A stretch of 64,000 nt of DNA from an uncultured Gemmatimonadota bacterium (lineage in GTDB: Bacteria; Gemmatimonadota; Gemmatimonadetes; Palauibacterales; Palauibacteraceae), in contig CAZVIY010000001.1 in assembly GCA_964627425.1 (NCBI GenBank), positions 32,128 to 96,127 of the forward strand, written 5' to 3'. Shown one piece after another: positions 1 through 7,022 of this stretch (position 1 is its first letter; each line of letters begins with the position of its first letter). The notes under the pieces are model-generated. The model was given only the letters and a program-made list of their open reading frames with translations. It was not told the origin of the DNA and made no database searches. A program made the position numbers and the translations under genes.

Positions 1-344
1 ATGCCCCCGGGCCTCGGGAGGCCCCTCGCCTGGAGCCATCCCAGGGCGGGATCCAGGATGTAGGCGAGGATCAGGGCCAGGATGAAGGGCGCCAGGAGCA
101 GTCCCGTGACCTCCAGGACCCAGAGGAGGAGGAGGACGCCCGCGGCCACCAGGAGCCGGGTCCGCAGCTCCCGATCGGGGAGGGGCCAGATCAGGTACCC
201 GAACAGGAGGGCCAGGACGAAGGGGGACAGGACGGACCGGACCGAGTAGAGGAGGGCGCCCAGCGCGGCCAGGGCGGCGGCCCCGTAGATCCACCGCCCG
301 GCGGCGGGCGTCCATCCCGTGGGGCTCTCCGGGTCGTCGCTCAA
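1..344 (-). CDS. AI-2E family transporter (PerM-like), N-terminal fragment; gene runs off the window start
   Basis: Not in the ORF track because the window edge truncates it. The minus-strand frame from TTG 344..342 (TTGA overlap with the upstream stop) reads SDDPESPTGWTPAAGRWIYGAAALAALGALLYSVRSVLSPFVLALLFGYLIWPL...LLAPFILALILAYILDPALGWLQARGL with no stop. It has hydrophobic helices and the PF(I/L)LA..LAY.L.P pattern I associate with AI-2E/PerM N-termini. Confidence 0.5.
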   Translation of the reverse strand, partial: MSDDPESPTGWTPAAGRWIYGAAALAALGALLYSVRSVLSPFVLALLFGYLIWPLPDRELRTRLLVAAGVLLLLWVLEVTGLLLAPFILALILAYILDPALGWLQARGLPRPGG

Positions 345-1183
345 GGCGTCTTCCCGTCACCGCCGGCCCCGGGCCGAGGCCGGCCATGGGGTGAGGCGGG
401 CCCGGCGCCGGCGTCGGTCTCGGGCCGGGTGGGGGAGAGGGCGTCCCGGCGGCGGGTCAGATCCGCTTTCACCGCCGCCTTGAAGCCCGACGGGCCGGCC
501 TCGGCCAGACGTTCCTCGCGATAGGCCTCGACCTCCTCCAGCTGAAGGCAGAGACGGACGGTACGAAAGAGGCGGGGGAACGGATCCCCGGGGGCGTGGA
601 CGTGGTGGAGGCCGCCGCTGTAGGCCAGCAGCATCCGGCCGCCGGGAATGGCACGGATGATGTCGGCGATCCCGCCGCGCACGGTCATGGGCTCGCCCCG
701 GGAATCCAGGCCCGTTCTCCGCTTCATCCGTCCCTCCGGGAGGATCACCACCATGGAGCGCTCCGTGTGGATCCGATCCAGCAGCCGCTCCCAGCTCCCG
801 TCCCGCTCCCGCGTCACCGGCACCACGTTCCGGGCCACGTGTCGGTAGAAGAGCCCCACGAGGGAGCGCTCCACCGTCTTCCGGGCCACCGGGACCACGC
901 CCCGACGGGCCACGTCCCGAAGGAACCGCCGCGGCACCGCGCCGGCGAAGATCGGTTCCATCAGGCTCGTGTGGTTCAGGATCACCACCAGGCGGAGACC
1001 GCTCCAGGGATCGGGGGGCGGATCGCCGACCCACCGGACGTCGTGGCGATAGAAGACCTGACTCAGTCCCTTCACGAGCAGGAGGATGACGTACGTCAGC
1101 GTCTCACGCACCGCTCGGTCGCCCCCGGGCTTGTGGAACCAGGTCGGATCCTGGAGTGTGGCGCCGATCCCCTGCCCGGTCAA
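341..1183 (-). CDS. Lysophospholipid / 1-acyl-sn-glycerol-3-phosphate acyltransferase family protein (PlsC-like)
   Basis: ORF 341..1183. Acyltransferase blocks NHTSLMEP (HX4D-type block with E) and ILPEGRMKR (PEG block). Start is uncertain: TTG 1183 has no SD, and the in-frame GTG 1111 has GGGGG upstream. Confidence 0.72.
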   Translation of the reverse strand: MTGQGIGATLQDPTWFHKPGGDRAVRETLTYVILLLVKGLSQVFYRHDVRWVGDPPPDPWSGLRLVVILNHTSLMEPIFAGAVPRRFLRDVARRGVVPVARKTVERSLVGLFYRHVARNVVPVTRERDGSWERLLDRIHTERSMVVILPEGRMKRRTGLDSRGEPMTVRGGIADIIRAIPGGRMLLAYSGGLHHVHAPGDPFPRLFRTVRLCLQLEEVEAYREERLAEAGPSGFKAAVKADLTRRRDALSPTRPETDAGAGPASPHGRPRPGAGGDGKTP

Positions 1184-1201
1184 GGGAGTCGCCGGGACGC
1201 T

Positions 1202-2272
1202 CTAGGCGTCGACGACGTTCAGGCAGATCGTGTCCCCTGCCGGCCAGCAGCTGCAGCCCCGGACCGCCGGCTCGCGGACGATCGATCCGGCGGGGGGAGC
1301 GGTTCCCCCCCGGCGCGCCGCCAGGACGGCCAGGTCCGCCAGCACCTCGATGAAGGCCGGGTCGTCGTGGGGGACCGGAACGCGGTGGAACCCGCGACCG
1401 GCGTCCTCGGCCACCTCCCGCAGCTCCAGGTCCAGCTCCGAGAGCGTCTCGGACTGCTCGTGCATGAAGCTCATGGCGTCCACCACCACCGTCGCGGCGT
1501 CGGCCTCCTCCACCACCCGCTCCACCTCCGGCTGGGTCCACTCCACCGGTCGATTGCCATGGTTCTGGAAACCCAGCTCCCACGCGGGGCCGCCGAGTCG
1601 CTCCGCCACCTCGAGGCAATACTCCCGGACGTATTCGTCATAGCGGTTCGCGCCCTCCAGGTACCGGATCGGGGTCCCGTGGGCGGAAAAGACCAGGAGG
1701 ACCGAGGGGTCCATGAGGTCGACGCCGCGATCCCGGCAGTGGCGCCGGATCGACGCTGCCCGGAGGTCCAGGTAGTCGGGATGCCGGTGCCAGCCGCTGA
1801 CGTGACTCGTGGGCACCTCCCAGCCCGTCTCCTCCAGCGCCCGGGCCAGCGAGTCCAGGGCGGCGACGGTGGTGGACCGGCCGCAGAGCGGGTAGACGGG
1901 GAGTCCCACCAGGAGGTCCACGTCGTCGTCCCGGGCGGCGGCTACGGCGTCCTCGATGAAGGGTCGGGTGAACTGCATCCCGGGGTACGTCGTGGCGTCG
2001 AGGCCGCGGGCCTCGAGCTCCCGCTCCAGGGCCCGCGTCTGGGCCTCGGCCTGCTCGTTCAGGGGCGACCCGCCGATCTCCCGGTACTCCACCAGGAGCC
2101 CGTCCAGCCGCCGGTCCGCCAGCTCCCGGCTCCGCCGGCGGAGCGCCCCCTCCGACGCGCCGGGCTCCAGCTCGGCGTTGGCCAGGAAGATCCGCTCCAG
2201 GTACGCCCGGACCTCCTCCCGGTCGGCCTCCCCTGGCTCGCCGAAGTTCAGGGTCACGACGCCGACGGTCAC
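1202..2272 (-). CDS. hemH: Ferrochelatase (protoporphyrin or coproporphyrin type)
   Basis: The last 356 codons of ORF 1202..2806 carry ferrochelatase motifs: VVTLNFGEP, IGGSPL, LLVFSAHGTP, FQNHGNRPVEWTQP, MSFMHEQSETL. The upstream 178 codons of the ORF are R/P/G-rich junk. GTG 2272..2270 is preceded by GGAG and overlaps the upstream stop (GTGA). Confidence 0.9.
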   Translation of the reverse strand: MTVGVVTLNFGEPGEADREEVRAYLERIFLANAELEPGASEGALRRRSRELADRRLDGLLVEYREIGGSPLNEQAEAQTRALERELEARGLDATTYPGMQFTRPFIEDAVAAARDDDVDLLVGLPVYPLCGRSTTVAALDSLARALEETGWEVPTSHVSGWHRHPDYLDLRAASIRRHCRDRGVDLMDPSVLLVFSAHGTPIRYLEGANRYDEYVREYCLEVAERLGGPAWELGFQNHGNRPVEWTQPEVERVVEEADAATVVVDAMSFMHEQSETLSELDLELREVAEDAGRGFHRVPVPHDDPAFIEVLADLAVLAARRGGTAPPAGSIVREPAVRGCSCWPAGDTICLNVVDA

Positions 2273-2697
2273 GGCTCGTCTCCGTGGCCGGGCGAGGAGG
2301 ACGGTCCATCGGCCAGCGGGAGGACCCGCCCGGGGCGGTCCGGGTCCCGTCCGTCCCGGAGGGCGGCCAGGGCCCGCGGGGTCAGCCAGATCACGAAGAC
2401 CCGGGCCACGTGATTCCAGGCCGCGTAATACCGCAGGTCGCCGGGCGATTCGGCCAGCACCTGAGGGGTCATCTCCACCTGCCGGGCGACGGTCTCCCGT
2501 TCGTCCTCGTCGGCGTCGATGCCACCGCGAACCACGTCCACCTCGACGTACACCGACGCCTGGCCGGGGCCCGCGACCCGCAGGCGGTAGTCGGCCAGGC
2601 GGGCCCGGTCCTCCGGGGGAACGGGGAAGTCCGGCGTCTCCAGGATCCGGCGCCGTACCGTCTCCAGCGCCTGGCGACCCTCTTCGTCCAGTTCCAT
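2269..2697 (-). CDS. Hypothetical acidic 142-aa protein, translationally coupled to hemH
   Basis: ATG 2697 within ORF 2269..2829, with GAGGA just upstream. The sequence MELDEEGRQALETVRRRILETPDFPVPPEDRARLADYRLRV...LRYYAAWNHVARVFVIWLTPRALAAL has coding-like composition, unlike the shadow frames. Its TGA overlaps the hemH GTG. I recognised no family. Confidence 0.55.
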   Translation of the reverse strand: MELDEEGRQALETVRRRILETPDFPVPPEDRARLADYRLRVAGPGQASVYVEVDVVRGGIDADEDERETVARQVEMTPQVLAESPGDLRYYAAWNHVARVFVIWLTPRALAALRDGRDPDRPGRVLPLADGPSSSPGHGDEP

Positions 2698-2852
2698 GGT
2701 CCTCGATCCCGCTGGAGGTCGTGGTTCGTCGGGGGTGAGGGGGCCCGGGCTCCGGAGCCCGTGGCACCGGGAGCTCCTCGTTGCTCGCCCGGTCGAGGAC
2801 GGACATTCTGGGGCATGTCCTCCCTCCAATTCAAGCCTCGGATCCCGGCCCG

Positions 2853-4160
2853 ATGACTCCCGACGTCGTGATCGTCGGAGGGGGCATCACGGGGCTGGCC
2901 CTGTGCCACGAGCTCCGGCGCCGCGGAGCCAGCGTGCTGGTGCTCGAGGCCCGGGAGAGGCCCGGCGGGGTCATCGGTTCGGTGGAGCGGGAGGGGCGGA
3001 TCCTGGATCTGGGGCCCCAGCGTACCCGGCTGACCCCCGCCGTCCGACGTCTCGTGGAGGAGCTCGCGCTGGAAGACGAGATCCTGGAGGCACCGCCGGG
3101 TCTCCCCCTCTACGTGCTCCGGGACGGCCGCCTCCGCCGGGTGCCGACCGGCATGAGGGATCTCGTGCGCACGGATCTCCTGAGCCCGAGGGGGAAGCTT
3201 CGCCTCCTCCTGGAGCCGTTCACCGGCGGGACGGGGCGGGAGGAGAGCGTGGCGGACTTCCTCCGACGGACCGTGGGGGAGGAGGCCTACCTCCATCTCC
3301 TCGGTCCGCTGTACGGGGGGATCTACGCGTCGGATCTCCGCCATATGCCGATGGAGCATTCCCTGGGCCGGGCCCTCCGGGAGCACGACATGGAGCGGAG
3401 CCTGCTGGTCGGCCTGGGACGGCGTCTCCTCCGGCGCGAGGAGGTCCCTCCCCCGGTCAGCTTCCGTCGCGGGATGCGGGAGCTCCCGGAGCGGCTGACC
3501 CGTCGGCATGCCGATGTCGTGCGCCTCGGGGTGGAGGCCACGGAGGTGGAGGAGGCCCGGGGCGGGCTCCGCGTGCGGACCGCCGGGGGCGAGGCCTTTC
3601 CGGCGAAGGCCGTGGTCCTCGCCGTGCCCGCGCCCGCGGCGGCCTCCCTCCTGCGGGCAGCCGCCCCCCGTACGGCCCGGGCCCTGGCCTCGCTCCGTTA
3701 CAATCCCCTGGCCGTGGTGCACCTCCTCTCCCGTCTCGACCGGCCGGGCTACGGCTTTCAGGTGTCGCTGGCGGACCGGGACCTGGCCCTCCGGGGAGCG
3801 ACCTGGAACTACAGCCTGTTCGGCCGGGACGATCTGTCCACGGTCTACCTGGGCGGCGCCCTCCGGCCGGACGTGGCCGGCGCCGACGACGAACCCATCG
3901 CCCGACGGGCCGCCCGGGAGTTCACCCGGATCACTGGAGCCCCCGCCAGGCCCGTCCACGTGCACCGTACCCGGATGCCCGCCTTCGACGAGAGCTGGAG
4001 GGCGCTGCGACGGGTGAGCGAGGAAGGGGACCTGCCCCGTGACCTCCATCTGTGCGCCAGCTATCAGGTCCGGCCGGGGATCCCCGGCCGGCTCCGTCAC
4101 GCCGCGCGGACGGCCGGTCGGCTCACGGCCGGGGCGTCGTCGATACCGGAGGGGGAATGA
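2853..4160 (+). CDS. hemY: Protoporphyrinogen/coproporphyrinogen III oxidase, FAD-dependent (HemY/CgoX type)
   Basis: ATG 2853 inside ORF 2781..4160. N-terminal FAD fold MTPDVVIVGGGITGLALCHEL..VLEARERPGG, about 435 aa, HemY-like throughout. Divergent from hemH and convergent with hemE. Confidence 0.85.
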   Translation: MTPDVVIVGGGITGLALCHELRRRGASVLVLEARERPGGVIGSVEREGRILDLGPQRTRLTPAVRRLVEELALEDEILEAPPGLPLYVLRDGRLRRVPTGMRDLVRTDLLSPRGKLRLLLEPFTGGTGREESVADFLRRTVGEEAYLHLLGPLYGGIYASDLRHMPMEHSLGRALREHDMERSLLVGLGRRLLRREEVPPPVSFRRGMRELPERLTRRHADVVRLGVEATEVEEARGGLRVRTAGGEAFPAKAVVLAVPAPAAASLLRAAAPRTARALASLRYNPLAVVHLLSRLDRPGYGFQVSLADRDLALRGATWNYSLFGRDDLSTVYLGGALRPDVAGADDEPIARRAAREFTRITGAPARPVHVHRTRMPAFDESWRALRRVSEEGDLPRDLHLCASYQVRPGIPGRLRHAARTAGRLTAGASSIPEGE

Positions 4161-4185
4161 GACGCCGCGGAGTACGGAGTTCCCG

Positions 4186-5208
4186 TCATCCCGCACCGTG
4201 GCCGTGGACGGCGTCCACCACCGCCGCCAGGACGTCGGGATCGGTGTCGGGGAGGATCCCGTGCCCCAGGTTGAAGACGTGCCCCGGCCGCCCGCCCACC
4301 CTGTCCATCACCTCCCGGGCCGCGTCCACGGCGACCTCACGCCCGGCCAGCAGGGTCACCGGGTCCAGGTTCCCCTGGATGGCCCGGTCCGTCCCGACGG
4401 CGTCCCAGGCCTCGTCGATGGGCTGTCGCCAGTCCACCCCCACGGCGGTCCCGCCCGCCTCGGCCACGTGGGGGAGGAGGGAAGGGTTGCCCGTGGTGAA
4501 ATGGACGCTGGGGACGCCCTCGCGCTCCAGGCGGGAGAGGAGGGTCCGGGAGTGGGGAGCCACGTACTCCACGTAGTCGGCAGGGGTGAGCGACCCGGCC
4601 CAGGAGTCGAAGACCTGGATGGCGGCGGCGCCGGCCTCGTACTGGGCGATGGCGTAGTCGGCCAGGTGTCGCGCCCAGTAATCCAGGAGCCGGTGCCAGG
4701 CTTCCGGCTCCCGCCACATGAAGACCTTGGTCTGCTGCAGGCGGCGGGCTCGCGGCCCCAGGACGAGATAGGAGCACAGCGTGAACGGCGCGCCCACGAA
4801 CCCGAGGACGGGCACGTCGAGGCGACGGTGAAGGAGCCGCACCGCCTCCATGGTGAAGGCGAGCTCCTCCCGCGGATCGAAGTCCGGGAGACGGTCCACG
4901 TCCGCCGCTGTCCGGATGGGCCGGTCGACCACGGGGCCGACACCCGATCTGAGCTCCACGTCCAGACCGGCGCCGAAGAACGGCGTGGAGAGATCGTTGT
5001 ACAGGACGGCGGCGTCCACCGGGAAGTAGTCCAGGGGGAGGGCGGTGATGCGGGCCGCGGACGGGGGGTCGCGGAGGATCTCGAACATGCCCCGCTCGCT
5101 CCGGAGCTCCCTGTAGCGGGGGAGGCACCGGCCCGCCTGGCGCATGAACCACACCGGGGTCCGGTCCACGGGTTCGCGCCGGAGGGCCTGCAGGAACCGT
5201 TCGTTCAT
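4186..5208 (-). CDS. hemE: Uroporphyrinogen decarboxylase
   Basis: ATG 5208 inside ORF 4186..5487, with GGAGAGGGA SD upstream. Motifs: RTPVWFMRQAGRCLPRYRE, GFVGAPFTL, IQVFDSWAG, VFNLGHGILPDT. Confidence 0.93.
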   Translation of the reverse strand: MNERFLQALRREPVDRTPVWFMRQAGRCLPRYRELRSERGMFEILRDPPSAARITALPLDYFPVDAAVLYNDLSTPFFGAGLDVELRSGVGPVVDRPIRTAADVDRLPDFDPREELAFTMEAVRLLHRRLDVPVLGFVGAPFTLCSYLVLGPRARRLQQTKVFMWREPEAWHRLLDYWARHLADYAIAQYEAGAAAIQVFDSWAGSLTPADYVEYVAPHSRTLLSRLEREGVPSVHFTTGNPSLLPHVAEAGGTAVGVDWRQPIDEAWDAVGTDRAIQGNLDPVTLLAGREVAVDAAREVMDRVGGRPGHVFNLGHGILPDTDPDVLAAVVDAVHGHGAG

Positions 5209-5346
5209 GGTCGTCCCTCTCCGTCGCGTGGGTTCGTGGTCAGGGCCTGCATCCTGCAGGCTCGAGTCCGGGCGAGGCAAGCGGTCGCGACCATCGGGAA
5301 GGGAGGCGCGGAGATCGATCAACGGGCAGACGAGTCGGTAGAGGCC

Positions 5347-5598
5347 ATGCTCCGGGCCGCCGTGGACGGCGTCCTGGACCAGAACGACGCGGCGCGGGAG
5401 GCCTACCGTGCGCTCCTGGACCGGGGCCTGGATCGGGAGGAGGCCCGGGAGGAGATCGCCAGGGTGCTCATGGCGGTGACGTCCCACGTCCAGCGCCAGA
5501 CAGACCGCCTGGGAGGCGCCGGCGGAGGTGCGGAGCTCCGGCGCGAGGCGTTTCGCCGCATCGCGGGCGGCGAGCGGGCCGCCGACGTCTTCGAGTGA
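5347..5598 (+). CDS. Hypothetical small helical protein (83 aa)
   Basis: This is the tail of the 4039..5598 ORF, which otherwise lies antisense to hemE. MLRAAVDGVLDQNDAAREAYRALLDRGLDREEAREEIARVLMAV... looks coding-like. Weak SD. The start could instead be GTG 5236. Confidence 0.35.
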   Translation: MLRAAVDGVLDQNDAAREAYRALLDRGLDREEAREEIARVLMAVTSHVQRQTDRLGGAGGGAELRREAFRRIAGGERAADVFE

Positions 5599-5617
5599 TT
5601 CGGGTGAGGGGGATCGG

Positions 5618-6883
5618 TTGACGGGATCGGATCCCGACGGGAGCCCCGGCCGGGCTCGACTGGACGAGGCCCGGGGGTCCGATCCCCTGGCGCCGGAGCT
5701 CCTGAACCTGCTCTCCTTCTTCGCCCCGGCGCCGCTGCCCCCGGAGGCCCTCTACGGCCACGCCGACCGGGTCCCGGGACGGCTCTCGAGCGACGGGACC
5801 TCGCCGGAGCGGATTCGGGAGGTCCTCCGGGGACTCGCTGCCGCCGGCGTGCTCCGGGAGGAGGAGGGCGGCCTCTACCTGCCCTCCGAGCTCCGGCGTA
5901 TCGTCCGCGGGGACCTGGTGAGACCTCAGGCGGCAGGGTACGCCGACGCGGCTCTCCGGATCCTGGAGGCCCTGGACGAGGAAGCCGACGCACCGGCGTC
6001 CGGGTCGGACGCGGGGATCCGTCACCGGGCCATCCTCCCCCACGCCCCGGAGGTGGCCGGGGCGCTGGCTTCCCTCGGGCGGGCGCCGGATCGGGCCCTC
6101 GTCCTGACCGCCCGGGCGGTGGAGGCGGAGGGGAGCCCTTCGGACGACGCGCTCCGGGCGGCCGAGCGGGGCGTGGCCATCGCCCGGGAGGGCCGCCGGC
6201 TCCGGGACCCCTTCCTCCTGGCCGCCCTCCTGGATCAGCTGGCGGAGCTCCGGGCGGGCCGTGGACGGCGGGAGGAGGCACTGGCCGCCATGCGCGAGTC
6301 GGTGGAGATGGTGCGGAAGGTCTGCCCACCCGACGACCCGAGGCGGGCGGTGGTGCTGCACAACGCCGGAGATCTCGCCCGGCGGCTCGAGGAGCCCGCC
6401 GAGGCGGCGGACCTCCTCCGGGAGTGCCTGGACCTGCTGGAGGCGGACTCCGGGGAGTCCGGGGGACTCCGGGCCCGGACGGAGCTGGACCTGGCCGAAG
6501 CGCTCCTGGCGACGGAGGAGGCCTCCGGGGCGGCCTCCGCCGCGGCCGGGGCCGTGGCCACGTGCACCCGGCGGCTCGGCGCCCGTCATCCCGAGACCGC
6601 CGCGGCGTGGAGCCTGTGGGGGAGATCGCTGCGCGAGCTGGGCGGGACTCCCGCCGCGGCGGCGTGCTTCCGGCGGGCGCTGGAGGCACTGGAGGCCACG
6701 TACGGGCCGGAGCATCCCGCCCTGGGACCCGACCTGGGGAACCTGGCCGACGTCCTGGAATCCCTGGGCCAGGCCGAGCGTGCCCGGGATCTCCACGGGC
6801 GGGCCCGGGGGATCTTCCGGGAGGCCTACGGCCGGGAGCATCGGCTCACCCGGGCGGCCCGGCGAAGGATGGAAGCGCTCTGA
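5618..6883 (+). CDS. TPR-repeat protein resembling the winged-helix plus TPR C-terminal half of NB-ARC/STAND proteins (no NTPase domain)
   Basis: TTG 5618 after AGGGGG, inside ORF 5528..6883. LLNLLSFFAPAPLPPEAL and ILPHAPEV resemble the post-NB-ARC WH/linker segment. Kinesin-light-chain-type TPRs follow (ALEALEATYGPEHPALGPDLGNLADVLESLGQAERARDLH). Confidence 0.7.
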   Translation: MTGSDPDGSPGRARLDEARGSDPLAPELLNLLSFFAPAPLPPEALYGHADRVPGRLSSDGTSPERIREVLRGLAAAGVLREEEGGLYLPSELRRIVRGDLVRPQAAGYADAALRILEALDEEADAPASGSDAGIRHRAILPHAPEVAGALASLGRAPDRALVLTARAVEAEGSPSDDALRAAERGVAIAREGRRLRDPFLLAALLDQLAELRAGRGRREEALAAMRESVEMVRKVCPPDDPRRAVVLHNAGDLARRLEEPAEAADLLRECLDLLEADSGESGGLRARTELDLAEALLATEEASGAASAAAGAVATCTRRLGARHPETAAAWSLWGRSLRELGGTPAAAACFRRALEALEATYGPEHPALGPDLGNLADVLESLGQAERARDLHGRARGIFREAYGREHRLTRAARRRMEAL

Positions 6884-7022
6884 AGGCCTCCGAGCTCCCG
6901 GCTCCGAGGTGGAGCTTGCGGCGGAGGTCGGGGCCCGCCGAGATTCGGACCGTCCCCCGCGGACCGGGGGAGCACCGTCGCCCATCGGAACCGGATTCGC
7001 CTCCATCCCGCCACGATCCGCC

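Noticed and set aside
596-2413. 605-aa plus-strand ORF spanning the acyltransferase and hemH loci
   Set aside because: It is antisense to two genes with clear family motifs. Its translation is R/P/G/H-rich low-complexity sequence with no recognisable domain, which is the typical shadow ORF of a very GC-rich genome.
2469-4196. 575-aa minus-strand ORF opposite hemY, together with the 448-aa off-frame ORF 2696..4042
   Set aside because: Shadow and off-frame ORFs of hemY with R/P/G-rich composition. The hemY frame carries the FAD motif and full-length similarity.
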